From contig OX597816.1 of the NCBI GenBank assembly GCA_951406725.2, forward strand, positions 145,328,001-145,392,000: DNA of 64,000 nucleotides, in the 5' to 3' direction. Position numbers and translations under genes: made by a program. The notes under the pieces were generated by a model. The model saw nothing but the letters and a program-made list of their open reading frames with translations. It did no database searches and was not told where the DNA came from. Position 1 is the stretch's first letter. Each line of letters opens with the position of its first letter. Positions 12,761 to 27,306 of the stretch are shown here, piece by piece. The DNA is from Octopus vulgaris. Its lineage: Eukaryota.

Positions 12761-13687
12761 CATATATATATATATATATATAAACACACACACACACACA
12801 AATATATATATGTGCGTGTGTGTTTGAGTATATGTTTTGTGTATGTATGTATATATATATATATATTTATATGTATACATGCATAACTATATGTGTGAAA
12901 GCATTTTGTTTAATCTTTACGCATTTTATTATTTTAAAAATCATCTCGCTGAACTTCCTCCTATCAATATCATTATTTTCCTGGTTGTAGTTTTACACAT
13001 TAGTTACAGAGTAGCGATGTGAGTGCAGAAAACCACAATGTGTTAATTATTATTTTAAGAGTGATCACATCGATTGCACTTTTACCTCATCCTAGAAAAT
13101 ATATCACAAAATTCCGTTTCATGTTCTTTGAAATATAGAGTATTTGTGTTGTAGTCAGAATGTAATTAATATCATACCATTTTATTCCTATGGCTTTAAC
13201 TTCATGTTTTATCAATTTTATGCACATCAATTGAGTATCAATCCTACCCCGAAGCTGAGTATTTGATAATAACCTTTGACTAAAAATATATGAGTGCCAA
13301 TGGAAGAAATCAATAATAATTTCAAAAATATATTTGATGATCACTGTTCAACATGCTCCCGATCAGCGGGGATTGCAAGGTACTGTTAATACATGATTTA
13401 ATAAATCTTCACTTGACCTACAACAATAATGCCCTGCTGAAATATTTAAACACTGTAATTTTCAATTTCCCAACGAATAGCATTTTACTGCTTAAAATCA
13501 CCTACATTTAAAGTCAAAAATCAGATAATTATTCAAAGAGAGAATGTGAAATGTGGTATTTTCTATAATATCTTATATGTTAATACATCCAAGAAATTTT
13601 CATAATTATTGGTATTCTTGTGCTAATCTATGTTTGTTAATGCGCATTTGTGGGTGTTTGTATGCGTGAGTGTGTGTGTACTGTTTA

Positions 13688-13739
<52 letters not shown>

Positions 13740-13740
<1 letters not shown>

Positions 13741-13932
13741 TGCACTCGCAATGATAGATCGCTAGCCACTACACAGTCTTTATTTTCTCTCCTTGTTTCC
13801 TACTGTGTTACTTTCTGTGAAGAGCGTAGGCTCGAAACGTTAAAAACATTTTCACTTCCCGAGCGTTCAACTAATACATCTGTTTGTTGTCTACACCACC
13901 TATTTTCGTCTTTTGTTTTTTGTAAATTCTCC
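13740..13932 (+). mobile_element. PLE 3' end, family C, with HHR-like motif at 13812-13844
   Basis: ttt-CTGTGA-a-gagc gtag gctc-GAAA-cg-TT-aaa (non-canonical core); homologous to 48995-49200; (TA)n on both sides. Confidence 0.65.
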
Positions 13933-13934
13933 CT

Positions 13935-13981
<47 letters not shown>

Positions 13982-14049
13982 AACATTAAAGTGATGGTCT
14001 GTTGCCAACTTAATGTGATGACAGTCCCAGGATATATATATATATATAA

Positions 14050-14745
14050 GTTGAAAATATCGTTATAGGTATAAAGATACCATAAACAATTATAGAAAAA
14101 TGGAGGTGAGAAAGATGTTGCATTAAAATTAGATTTAATAAAAATAAGATTCAATACATACGCGCGTTTCAAAGGACAATACAAATATGTAAGAAAAAAT
14201 TGCAGAGTACCGGGGAACAAGCACAACATATCCATTATGTACGTGCGTTAGATACTGTGTACAACACTAGCACTGCATCGAATTTTCATTTGGCTACATG
14301 TATAAATATGTGTATATGTATGTATATATATATGTATACACACACGCAGACACACACAGACACACACACACACATACACACACACACTTATATATATATA
14401 TACATATGTATATATACATACATATATCTATATATCTATATATATATATATGTATGTATAGGAAAAAATAAGTTCAAAAAAGAACAATTCAAACTTTTTG
14501 AGAGGTCCAAAAAGAGAGAAAGAATGATTTCTAATACAGATTCATCATATTCATAAAATCAGCCACAACAAGTAATAAGACTACGAAAATAATAGTTGAA
14601 AAAATATCGTTATAGGTACAAATATACCATTAAGAAATTATAGAAAAAGGTGGAAAAGATGATGCATCAAAATTAGATTTAATACAAAATAGGATTCAAT
14701 ACATATGCGCGTTTAGAAGGGCAATGCAAATATGTAAGAAAAACC
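14050..14745 (-). repeat. Two diverged direct copies (14050-14200, 14597-14745) of a probable PLE tail
   Basis: The copies align. The minus strand of the first holds an HHR 3' half, GAAA-cgcgcg-TA, with palindromic ACGCGCGT; the CTGANGA half is missing. Confidence 0.55.
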
Positions 14746-14746
14746 C

Positions 14747-15234
14747 CATTACAAAATAATTTTTTTGCCATATTTGTAAAATATTTGAAAGTGAAAATTA
14801 CCTTCAAAATACGGCAAATATTTCGTAAAATACGCTTTCGATGTGAAATAGATTTTTTCCATAGGTTTTTTTCGATTGCATTCAAGTACCGCACCTCCAA
14901 ATACTTGACTGCCATTTCTAGCACGCCCTGCTACCACGTAACCCCTATTTGCGATAAAGGACTCGAAATACATGTTATTTGGTAGCAGGGAGTGCTAAAA
15001 ATAGCAGCCAAATCTTTCCATTTCTGGAGAAAGGAGCCGTTTACGCGTGATTTCGATGTCACATTCGTTGAAAGCATGCAAAATAACCCGGAAAAGGAAA
15101 AGACACACGAAACTCAGATGCTGAGAAACTCAGACTTTCCCGGTGAACCAACAGGTCAAGTGTATTCTAGTGTATATATATATATATACACATACACTAT
15201 TTTATAAATATGGCAAAAAAAGTTTTGTAATGGT
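14747..15234. mobile_element. MITE-like element with ~36 bp inverted ends
   Basis: CCATTACAAAATAATTTTTTGCCATATTTGTAAAATA pairs with TATTTTATAAATATGGCAAAAAAAGTTTTGTAATGG; inner inverted motif at 14905 and 14993. Confidence 0.55.
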
Positions 15235-15581
15235 ATTCAACTGAAAATTTTGAAAATTATTTAAAAATACAATTAAATATTGTCTGTTTAAAGAAAACTA
15301 AGATATAAATACTTACTGTACAAACAATTTACATTTTTGAAATCATATTCACTAAAAATATTTCGAAATGATAAAAATATTGTCTTTAAGAAAAGCAAAA
15401 TAGAAACATTTACTGTTAAAAAACTCATATTTTTTCGTTGTCCAGTGTCTATGTGTAATCGAAGGATAAGAGGTTCTTGTCTTTCAGGATTAAGAGAATT
15501 TTCGGAATATTTTCCATTATGTGCTCGTTTGGCTGGGTAACATTGCAAGCAAGCAAGCAACATTCAATCTGACTTTTAATG

Positions 15582-15638
<57 letters not shown>

Positions 15639-17569
15639 TAAATTTTCCATATATCCATAGATATAGATAACTGTAAGTCGAAGGACTCTCTCTTTCTCTG
15701 TATCTCTAATAAAACTTGTCCATTTCCTCGCATTCATCCTTGTGCAAAAACTGAGAACAAATTTTAAGTTGTTTTTAGACATTTAACATCTACTTCTAGC
15801 GTGCTGGCGTTGTTCCTCCTGCGTTGTTCCTCCTTAATCATAATTATAGATTTTTAATTATATACATAAATATTAATTTTACCGGTATGGTGTATTTTAT
15901 TCGCTGGTCACTGATATAATCATTTTAATAATTACATCCTCAATTCATACGCATATATATATATACAAATTGATGGATAGATAGATAGCTAGATATTAAT
16001 TTACTTATAAATATATGAGTTCATGTCTGTGTTGTGCGTGTGTCTACAGTAATACCTCGCCATTTTTTTTTGAAACGTAACACCCGCAATAGTCGAGGGT
16101 TTACTGTATAGATATTTACTTGCATGGATTGGTTAAAAACAATTTTATTATGTAAAGTGGTGAAATTACATGCCTCATGAGCGATATAGTTACATACGCG
16201 ACTCCGTGACCACAGGTTTCGTGCAAGACATTATCAAAACCAATAAAGTTTGCTTAGTTCCCTCTCGAAATGCTACTTATAATTACGTTCGCGTCTATGC
16301 ACATTTGTGTGAACGTGTTAAAATGTATGTTTACGTGGCGTATATGTATATGCATTTGTATGTCTCTCTATCAGACTGAATCTCTCCCTCTCTGTCTGAC
16401 TGTTTGTCTCTCTCTCTCTTACATCCTATTTCTCTTTCGCAAACCCTCGATTACTGTGTCGGTGTGCACTTTTGCGTATGCACGTGCGTTTATGTATTGA
16501 AATTTTGCATTTCACTAAGCTATCAAACTTATTTACAATTAATTACTTTTCTAAAATGCATTTCTAAGTAAAAATTTCTCCAAGTTCTCAATGTCATTGC
16601 AAAGATGTAAATGGTGTGATGTTAATTCAAAACTAATACAGAATGCATCAACAGCAAAAATAATATGATGAATTAAATCGCTAAATCACATGCAACCAAT
16701 TACCACTTAGATATCCTTATGACAACTCTTAGATTTGCCATATTTCTTGTACCTTCCTTAAATTTACAGCTGCTTTTGTCTTACTAAACAACTGTTTTTC
16801 GCTTTCTATGCAAATCGTTTGAATTGAAAATCCTATTTCGCAGAGAACGTAATGAAATTGGAATGAGCAACCTAATAGAAAAGAATAGTCGTAAATAATG
16901 GGAACTTTCTACTTGTCAAAATTTAAGGGTTCTTTTTATGAATTTCAATATTTTGTATTAGAATGGAAAAGTTCCTGGTTGTCAAGGAGCTACGGAGGTT
17001 ATACTGAATTATTTAAAAGTTATCAGTTTGTCACTAGAACACATAGGTTTCTTGTTTAGATAATCCTAAGCCCATATCTAGTAAGTTAGTTTGAACTGTG
17101 GCTCTTTCGGCATTTTTTCACTATATTCTATTAAGATTTGCATTACAAATGCGTCAAATACATTTTTGCGTTATCAGCTATTGTTAAACAAGTTGATCCA
17201 CCACGCGGAAGGATAATTGTCGTTGATTTCACAGGCATCAATTGAAACTGGTGTTCTTTATTTATTTAACTTTTCCTTAGGAGGAAAGATATAAAAATAA
17301 AAACAAAACTAGGGTATCTTAAATGAGATGCTGAATAAAAAGAGTATGATATTTGAACCAGAACTTTATTATTTGAAATAATTTTGAAGACATAACAAAT
17401 TAAAGCATTTTTTGTGTAGTATATTTGTATGTATTAAGTTAGGAAGAAAATAAATAACGAAAATGGTACAGAGGGCCATGCATTGTACGTAATTATGTGC
17501 TATGAAATGTATACTGTCTTTATCTATCTGTCTGTCTGTCTGTCTATTTATTAAATCATCAAATACAAG

Positions 17570-18648
17570 CATAGTTGACATCATCAAACACAGCAGCATT
17601 AGAATTAAGCTTCTGAAGGTCATGGAGGAGACCGGATTAATCTCCAATCGGATCTATTATCCGATGGGCAGAAGACCACAATATGCAGCTGAAGGAGAAT
17701 AAATTCGAATTAATATACTTGGTAAGAAAAGGATTTCACGTAAGCTACTACACTCTTCCCTCGGGGAAAAACCTTATCGGATCAAACCTCGCTTGAGACC
17801 TCGGAGTAACTGTTGCTAACAACTTAAACTGGAGTGCCCACATAAATAACATAGTCGACATCGCCCGCAAGGCGTAGTCCTGGATCCTTAGGACTTTTCG
17901 GAGTTTAGAGAGGCTCCTACCAGTATCCTTCTGTTCTCCAACTTCACCCGTTCTCACCTTTGAATACTGTTGTCTGCTGTGGTCTCCCTATCTGAAACAG
18001 TATATTGTAAAAACGGAAGCACCTCAGAGATCGATCACAAGGAAAATAGACGGCAATCCTTATCCCCTTCAACGTCTCCATGGAAGCTATATCATTTGGA
18101 TGCTATGAAAAATATTTCAACACTACAGCTCAATTGAGGTTGTCATCCATTTAAAAATTTACCCAAGACGTGTTCCCGATGCTATCGGTCCTCTATAAAA
18201 GACATGCTCCCGTCGCATCACAGTACTAAGAAGGAACTATTTCATCTCAGCTGGATCTTCTCTCTTCAACATCATATCGAATTCAACACATCTGTTCTTG
18301 ACTTCTTTGAGTGACCAGACGATGTGGCCTCTATTTCTCAACATATAGGCTAGAAAAATTGTCTAAGCCCTATTATATATATATATATATAGTTAATCCA
18401 AACATGAAAGCACAAAAAAACACACAAGAAATTAGAAGGATCTCCTAATATTTAAACGGTTTCTGGATGATTATTTCCAACAAATTTCAGATAAACTACC
18501 TACCCCCGGATATATATCTGCAAAGAATAATTATCTACTCGAATGAGATATGGTGTCCATTGAATGACTAATATGAAGCATCTTTAAATGCTTTTCCCAG
18601 ATGGTGTTATTAAGTTAGACATGGCTTGGGCCAATGTTGGTCGAAACT

Positions 18649-18650
<2 letters not shown>
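17570..18650 (+). mobile_element. CR1-like LINE, degenerate RT C-terminus and 3' UTR
   Basis: Translates to DLGVTVANNLNWSAHINNIVDIARKA*SWILRTFRS...FEYCCLLWSPYLKQYIVKTEAPQRSITRKIDG; ends in a (TCTA)n tail. Confidence 0.85.
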
Positions 18651-18870
<220 letters not shown>

Positions 18871-18934
18871 TATATAATATACTGATCCATGATAGAAAAT
18901 TCAACAAAAAAAGTGTTCCATCTGTGCTGTGGCT

Positions 18935-19050
18935 GTCTTTAGTCGAACAAATTGATCCCAGGACTTATTCTTTGTAAGCCTAGTATTTGTTCTATCGGCT
19001 CTTTTGCCGAACCTCTAAGTTACGGAGACGTATACACACCAGCATCGGTG
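18935..19050 (-). mobile_element. SINE 3' part
   Basis: Reverse complement of 9130-9245. Confidence 0.75.
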
Positions 19051-19088
19051 TCATGTAGTGGTATATATATATATATATATATATATTT

Positions 19089-19575
19089 GTAAACAAGAGC
19101 AAAAGAAAAAAGATTTCTATGTCAATATGCTGAGAATAGACTTAAATCGTCAATCATCACATTTCAATATACATTCACCATGAATACATGTCGTGCAGAA
19201 ATCGAGGAAGGCATGGTAAGAGAATTTTTTTAAAAATCGTTATATCTATTTTGAATCAATTTCGGGATTAATCCTACGGATTTTTCCCTCTTCAGTAGAG
19301 AATACGATAAGAAATAAATGAAATACTTACAAGCACCCATGGAAAAAAATCTGTTAGCTTGGCTTCCTCGATTTCAGCACGACATGTATTCACGGTGAAT
19401 GTATATTGAAATGTGGTGATTGAAGATTTGAGTCTATTCTCAGCATATTGGCATAGATATCTTTTTTCTTTTGCCCTTCTTTATAAATTGTTTATAATTT
19501 TCGCCTTTAAAGGTATTTTAATATGTTGCCACTTTGATGAAATGTTTTTGGAAAAAAATGTTATCATATATTACA

Positions 19576-19580
<5 letters not shown>
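19089..19580. mobile_element. Fold-back PLE-derived element in (TA)n
   Basis: Arms ~19089-19212 and ~19363-19488, HHR in the spacer, ~90 nt extension on the right arm. Confidence 0.8.
19245..19299 (-). ncRNA. Type I HHR motif (U16.1 mutated)
   Basis: tcta-CTGAAGA-ggga...tccc-GAAA-ttga t tcaa-AA-taga. Confidence 0.75.
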
Positions 19581-19630
<50 letters not shown>

Positions 19631-19633
<3 letters not shown>

Positions 19634-19797
19634 ACAGACCTCTTTCTACTTCCGTCAATCAAATCCTCTCACGAGGCTTTGGTTGGCCCGAGGCTATAGT
19701 AGAAGACACTTACCCAAAGTACCACGCACCGGGACTGAACCCGGAACCATGTGGTTGGGAATCAAGCTTCTTCTCACACAGCCACTCCTGCGCCTAT
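19631..19797 (-). mobile_element. tRNA-derived SINE head
   Basis: Reverse complement of 8874-9030. Confidence 0.85.
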
Positions 19798-19801
19798 AAT
19801 G

Positions 19802-19871
<70 letters not shown>

Positions 19872-20074
19872 GAAGATAAAACTTTTTTATAAATATTTTA
19901 TCAGTGGCCAGCATATAAAATGAAACCATTTAAAGTGAAAATTACATGTATAATTATAATAAGGGCTTAGAAAACTTTTCTAGCCTATATGCTGAGAAAT
20001 AGATGCTAAATCGTCTTACCACTCAAAGAAGTCACAAACACACGTATTGAATTTGACCAACAAGCTAACGGATA

Positions 20075-20132
20075 GTTCTATATTAGCCTAATTTTTGGGT
20101 TTGCCTAAAGGCTCTCCCGTCTTCAGCAGAAC
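20075..20132 (-). ncRNA. Type I HHR motif (GAAA>AAAA)
   Basis: gttctg-CTGAAGA-cggg..gcct tt aggc..ccca-AAAA-ttag g ctaa-TA-tagaac. Confidence 0.7.
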
Positions 20133-20186
20133 ACACTAATAGAAATAAATGAAATATTTATATATACACACAGGAAGGTAAGCGCT

Positions 20187-20242
20187 TTCTATTAAGACGG
20201 GAAAGCCTTTAGGCGAACCCAGAAATTAGGCTAATACAGAAC
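20187..20242 (+). ncRNA. Type I HHR motif (5' core decayed)
   Basis: ttct-ATTAAGA-cggg..ccca-GAAA-ttag g ctaa-TA-cagaac; the consensus with the partner arm restores a canonical core. Confidence 0.65.
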
Positions 20243-20371
20243 TACCTATTTTATTAAAAATTTCCATTAGCTTGTTGCGTCGAATTCAACACATCTGTTC
20301 TTGACTTCTTTGAGTGGCCAGATGATGTGGCCTCTATTTCTCAACATATAGGCTAGAAAAATTGTCTAAGC

Positions 20372-20413
<42 letters not shown>

Positions 20414-20418
<5 letters not shown>

Positions 20419-20621
20419 ATCCAAACATGAAAGCACAAAAAAAACACAACAACGCGAGGACGTGGAACAAATATAATATTATTGGATGCTCAGGAAAGAA
20501 GGAAAGAAGGAGGGTTTAACGTTTCGAGCGGAGCTCTTCGTCGGAAACATTGGAGAAGGAAAGATCCAGAGAAGGGAAGACAGAGGAAAAGAAATTGCCA
20601 AGGTAAACACGCGGTCACTTT

Positions 20622-20627
<6 letters not shown>
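20414..20627 (-). mobile_element. PLE 3' end, family B, with minimal HHR at 20514-20548
   Basis: gttt-CCGACGA-a-gagc tcc gctc-GAAA-cg-TT-aaac; stem I gttt/aaac is perfect. Confidence 0.75.
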
Positions 20628-20671
<44 letters not shown>

Positions 20672-20866
20672 CAAGGGTGGTCAAATAGATATACTCAGCA
20701 GAATAGGGCCTGATGAGTTGGCGGCTGCATAAAATACGAATTTACGTAATGTTTCATAATAAATTATGTAATGGCCTAGTATTTGAATTAAACAACGCTA
20801 TTGAGACGCGTGAATTGATGTATTAAAATGTATTCATTTTCGCTTACTATGTAAATGCGTGTGTGC

Positions 20867-20916
<50 letters not shown>

Positions 20917-22259
20917 AGAGAGAGAGAGAGAGAGAGAGAGAAGTACATTGTGCATACATACAAGTATGCATACACAGATATTTACTTATATTTTTTTTAA
21001 GTATGTCTACATGGCTATATGTGTGTGCTTATGCACGCACTTAAAATTTTGTTTCTTCAACATGTAAAAGCACTCTGCTTATAATTTAGGAAAATTAGAA
21101 GAGGTTCCTGTATTTCAAACACATGAACATATTTACGTACTTACATACACTACACACAAAGATACGTTCGCGCGAACACTCTCACATTTATATTTACTGA
21201 CATACATTTATGGATATGTATGCATGTACATGAATGTATGACTACGTATGTATATATGTGTATAAACCGAGAAACCATTATGAAGAGAATAACGTGCCCT
21301 TGCAAATGTTAACCGAAAATTGTCATTTGCTCCTAATGGCTTTTCAATACAATTCAAATAATATATTATTCTCAAAGATGCATTACTACAAATCATTAAG
21401 AAGTACATGTGGCAGTGCCCTCAAGACATTCGACTCTCTAGATACAAATCCAGACAACTATATCAATTGGTTTCTTGTAGTTCTATACAATTTTCCTATC
21501 CAACGAAATATTCACTCATAAATCCACTGATATTACCGACCTCAGAGCTATTATTCCAAGCAACATTATATCGACTATTCTGTTTGAAGTCTTTTATCTT
21601 TTGAGTAATTTGTATTTTTTCTTTTCTCTTCCTTGAAATTCGTCCATATGGATGAAATGGTAATGAACAATAATCGAAAATCTATAGCAACTAAATATCT
21701 AAATACTTTGCTTGTCTATCCAGAATTTAAATGTATGAATGCATAATGGGATAATATAATTGGGATATTCATTTTAATTACTTCTAACGTAAAAACTTTA
21801 TATATCTTTGAAATATATCTTCGAAGTCCCGGATAAATATATGATATAAAGTCTGATTCTGAAAATGCAGTAGATTTGAAGTAAGATCATTTCAAAAGTT
21901 ATGATTTTCAAATCTTGGATCGAAATATTTCATTATCTATTGTAGATTACTGAAGCATCTCAAAAAAATTGTACACATTAGGATAAGACATCGATAGCCT
22001 AGGTTGGTGTCAAACTGTAAAATGGACAGGACTTTTGAGGGTGTGATCATATAACGATAGAATAAGTATCTTTCTTGTCTGCTTCGTCTGCGAAATTGCA
22101 CGATAATGCAGACAAGATATACAATTTGGCTATTAATGTTTCAACATACATTGGTTACAATCACATTTTAAGATAGATATTAATTTATGTAATCTGGTTA
22201 TGAAGCGAGGAAAGCAAGACGAGCAGTACCAAACATCTCTTGCCATATTAGGTCTAACA

Positions 22260-22472
22260 AAGGTGGCGAGTTGGCAGAACAGTTAGCACGCCAGATAAAA
22301 TGCTTAGCGGAACTTCGTCCATCTTTATGTTATGAGTTCAAATATTGCTGGTGTCGACTTAATTTTCATCCTTCCAGGATCGATAAAATATGTAACATTT
22401 GAGTACTGGGGTCGATGTAATCGACTCAGACCCTACCATGACGTTGCTGGGCTTGTGCCAAAATTTGAAAAC
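22260..22472 (+). mobile_element. tRNA-derived SINE (second family)
   Basis: GGTGGCGAGTTGGCAGAA...GAGTTCAAAT...CTGGGGTCGATGTAATCGAC; homologous to 24328 and 41535. Confidence 0.8.
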
Positions 22473-23355
22473 AGTATCAGGCGTAATGTTCCGTTCACGT
22501 ACCTTGCATGTTTTGAGTTTTTTTGCCAGGCGATGTTCAGTGGCAGGTCATTATAAAATATATTTTCTACTTATTTGTTTTCTGATTTTTATATTTAGTG
22601 ATGTGGACAAAAAACATCGTTCTTCAGTTTCATTTGAAAGGAACAACTACTTTTTTAGGAAATGCGATTGTAGAATTTCATTAAATACTCAAAATATTTT
22701 TTAAAGATTACCTTCACTTTACAGAGCATTCATGATGAAATAACTTCTAACAGATTGTGATATTAATGGAATAGAGATTTCTGATATTGATTGTTGGTGA
22801 AATAGCATTTTTTATTGTTATCCCAGCAGATTACAAATTATTAATAAGGTCTTTCGTGTGATTATTTCAATTATAATTATGAAAACAAACATACTCGCAA
22901 ATACACCTGCTTGTAATTTTCGGAAACGTATGCGAGGTTTTAGGAAATTAAATTCATTTCCCGTAGAACATTACTCTTCATGTATAGCATCTGTTACATG
23001 CGATATGTTATTCTTTGGTAAACGAAAAAGAACTTTTCAAGGAGTATATGCTGAGAAGCTGTTCAGAAAAGACTAAGCTTCCTGAAAATATGAACTATCA
23101 GATAGTAATATTCAACTGTGAATAGAAACTTCATAGCCCACAGGCAGTATATCTGACCATCTGACTTATTATTCTCTGACATTTATAACTAAATAGTGGT
23201 TCATTTTCTTTTAGATCTGTGCCTCTTAAAACATTGCATTTGTCTTATAATTTGTATTACCGCAAGTACATTGTGATGGATTAGCACCGCGCTTATTCTT
23301 TTGCTCGTTTCTGAAAATTAAGGATCCATTTAACTAAACTTAGAATAAACATGCA

Positions 23356-23426
<71 letters not shown>

Positions 23427-23597
23427 ACACACACAATCGCATACACTCATATACAAGATACAGTATTCAATATTTCAATAAGCTCATGTTCATATTTTTC
23501 CTGAATAGTTATCGCTTTGACTTAAGACAGAAACACGACCAAATCTAAAGCCAGTTGCAAATAAAACGATAACAGTTGGAAGAGAAGGTAAGGTATA

Positions 23598-23772
23598 TAT
23601 ATATATATATATATACAACCGGCTTCTTTCAGTTTCCGTCTACCAAATCCACTCTCAAGGCTTTGGTCGGCTCGAGGGTATAGAAGAAGACATTTGCTCA
23701 AGGTGCTGTGGGACTGAACCCGGGACCATGTGGCTGGTAAGCAAGCTACTTACCAACCACACAGCCACTCCT

Positions 23773-23776
<4 letters not shown>
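23598..23776 (-). mobile_element. tRNA-derived SINE head
   Basis: Homologous to 8874-9030. Confidence 0.85.
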
Positions 23777-23817
<41 letters not shown>

Positions 23818-24327
23818 TATTAGTTATGAGCATGTAGTGTTTCAACATATTTGAGTCGATATATTAACCAAGTTGTATATGTTGTAAAGAAAATAGTCAC
23901 GTAATTTTAAACAGAGGAACAGTTATTTAGCTCGTGGTTTACAATGAAAACAAATATGATCCTTATTTCGTAGAATGATATCGAATTTCTGGCGATGTGT
24001 GTACTTTTTTATGACATCTGTTGTTCGAACAAGAGATATAGTTCACATCTGTGTATAGAAGAAATACCTGGGAATAGATCTGTTTTCACTGTGACACAAG
24101 AGGACAACAACACGTATACCAAAGAAGAGTAGCGAAAATGCAGTTCAGCTTAATGTTAAGATGTTGCCTAGGTGACGAAGCAATAGAAGCAAAACACCAT
24201 CTTCATATGAATCAAATACAATTTCCGGCGACTGTTTGCTGCGTTAAGTATTTGAGAGAACTGCTTAGAATTACAATAGATGAAGAATTAAGGAGTGACA
24301 GATCACCTACATATATGAGGTCTAAAT

Positions 24328-24552
24328 CGGCGAGCTGGCAGAAACGTTAGCGCGCCGGACGAAATGCTTAACAGTATTTCGTCTGCCGTTACGTTCTGAG
24401 TTCAAATTCCGCCGAGGTCGACTTTGCCTATCATCCTTTCAGGGTCGATAAGTAAAGTACCAGTTACGCACTGGGGTCGATGTAATCGATTTAATTCCTT
24501 TGTCTGTCTTTGTTTGTCCCCTCTGTGTTTAGCCCCTTGTGGGCAATAAAGA
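24328..24552 (+). mobile_element. tRNA-derived SINE (second family)
   Basis: GGCGAGCTGGCAGAAACGTTAG...GAGTTCAAATTCC B-box; ends GGCAATAAAGAAATA. Confidence 0.85.
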
Positions 24553-26427
24553 AATATACATATATGAGGTCTACATAAAGTGACGGAGGACTGGTACAAG
24601 TAATCTTTTCCAAGCCTGAAATGAAGAACGGCCCTGTTAACTTTATGCTTAATACATGTGTTACCACAAGTTTCATGAGAGTTAAGTTATAGAACTTAAA
24701 AGAAAAACTGCAATGTGTGCAAAAAGAGAAAAGAAAAAAAAACAAACCTGATGAATTGATGTGTACCTGCTTATATGCTTGGCGATGTATAGTCGGGTGT
24801 GAGAACTTAAAAGACTATATGTTTGTATGCGTGACAAGGGGTAAACGTTAAGACTGTTTCCTTTTGATGAATAGTTATTTAGCTGAGGAATAGAAAAGTA
24901 GTTTCAGTTTTTAAAATATTTTGGTTACTTGATACACACAGATATGAGGACACAACGCAAACAGACACACACACATGTACACACAGACACACACACACAC
25001 ACGCACACACACACGCGCGCGCGCGCGCCAGCATGAAGAAACAGACTTCCCCATCGCTTTCGGTCTATGGCATGCAAGACTCGTTGCAATTCAAAGGAAT
25101 GAAGTAATACTGACTGATTATTTATTAGATATCTGTTAGCCGTACAGGTGTGTATGTGTGCGTATGGATGTTCAGTGAATATATGTACATTCCTGTATTT
25201 ATATGTGTATGTATAAATGTGTATGTGCGCACTTCTGATCTCTGCGTGTGTGAAGCGTCTAGTGTATGCTAGTATATTTTGCAATACAGATATGCAGACA
25301 CAACACACGCGTGCGCGCGCAAACACACGCATACACACACATACACACGTACTTGCTTTCGACATTTTAGGGTGCGTGAGAACGACTGTTGTAGCTAGAA
25401 TAGTAGCAATAGCATTGCTGGCGTTGGATTGATGTCTGGAAGTGTTAGGAGGAGAAAGGAAGAGGGGAAAACTTATATACCTCAATATGCGCGTGTGTGT
25501 AAGTGTGTGCGCGCGCGTATGTAAGTGTGTGCGTGCGTGAATGTGCACAGACCTAAGAATATAGAGACGATTTTAGAAGCTTACTGAGAATGAAGATGCA
25601 TACATCGGTCGTTAGATACCGCACCCTTGGTTTTGGGTGGGGATTGTTGAGGCGCAGCCAATGTGAAAGTGTTACGGTCTAGGTTCTCCGTGGCAAGTGG
25701 CTTAGAGTTCAACAGGACGGCATAACTCTAATGGCAGCAATAAGCTTGTATTTCCTGTCAGACACTTCGCAACCTCCAGATTGACTCCTCCCCTGCGTCG
25801 AATAGACCATCATCAGCAGGCATCGCCATCTTTCTCCTCCTCCACCCGTATTTTGCCAGCTCTGCCTGTACTAAAGACTGGATATTCTTCGCCAACCAAC
25901 TGTGTCTATAAACAGGAATACGACCTATCTTACATGTTTTTGAAATTTTCTAAATGTGAAAAAATAGATTTTATTGTAGTTATATTCCTTGCTAGTAGTT
26001 TTAGATTTTATAAGCCATAGAGGAAGGTTTTACTTGCTAATTGCAAGGGTAATGTTATCTACATTATGTCTATCGTGTTACAAAGATTAATTCACATCTG
26101 ACTTATTAATATATCTTCTAGTTAAAACATGTGTGATTCGGGATCATATCATCTGTAACAAACTGCATTTCTGAGAGTTATTTACAAATGCATTTTAATG
26201 TACATATATTCAACGAGTATATATAAAAACAATTTTGTAACACACGTAGAGTTCAAAAAGCAGTATTTTTAGATTAGATGTATATGTATATAAGCATATA
26301 TACTTACCTATCCACCTACCAGTCAAAACCTACCAATCTACCTACCGACATATACATACATACACACATATATACGTACATAAATACATACGTATATACG
26401 TACATACACACATGTACATACGCATAT

Positions 26428-26473
<46 letters not shown>

Positions 26474-27221
26474 GCATACACTCACACAGACGCACACACA
26501 TATATATATACATATACATGTCTGCACATTTACCTTGGAACATTGGGTAGATAGATAAAGATATAGATAGGTATTGCAAAGGCATATAAAGATATAAAAT
26601 AAGAAAATGCATAAACAAAAGAAAATGAGTAAAGGAAAGTGAAGAATACGTTAAAAGCAATATGTTCTTTTATACATTATCCGACAAGACATGTTTTCCA
26701 CTATTTTCAATTTTCATCTCGTAAAAATCTTAACGTATACTCAAAAATACATAAAGAAATTAACGAAGAAATATACATCTTAATGTAAATTTGTCCCGAA
26801 GGGAAATCTAAAGTAAAGGTTTTATACTCTTTCCCAGGTTGGGAAAAATCACTTTTAGAAGAGAAAGAGAAAAAGCAAATGACATAGAAAATAAATAAAA
26901 AAAAATAGCAGAAAATAATAAAAGAAGTTTTAAATTGACAGTAAACTCTGAAACATAAAGTGAGAGCTGAGATTTGCTCATGTCAATCAAGAGGAGATAA
27001 CCGTGCAAGACAGATAAAGTGTTAAACCGTAAAAAAAAATATATATAAAGCCAAAAAATTTATGAACTCGACATGTTTTACAAACGTAGGTGTGTATATC
27101 TATTTCTATGGGGAAAAGTCTACCGATCTAACTTAGAGAAATGTGTGTGCTTGTGTGTCGGATTTTAAGTGTATGTGTGCGTATGTCTGAGTTTAAGTCT
27201 GTATGTGTGTGTGTCTGTGTG

Positions 27222-27306
<85 letters not shown>

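Larger units (their letters stand above)
19872..20374. mobile_element. Fold-back PLE-derived element between (AAT)n and (TA)n
   Basis: Arms ~19962-20132 and ~20187-20374, each with an HHR; ~90 nt extension on the left arm. Confidence 0.8.

Noticed and set aside
20706-20745. CTGATGA core (also at 24748 and 62695)
   Set aside because: No downstream GAAA with pairing stems
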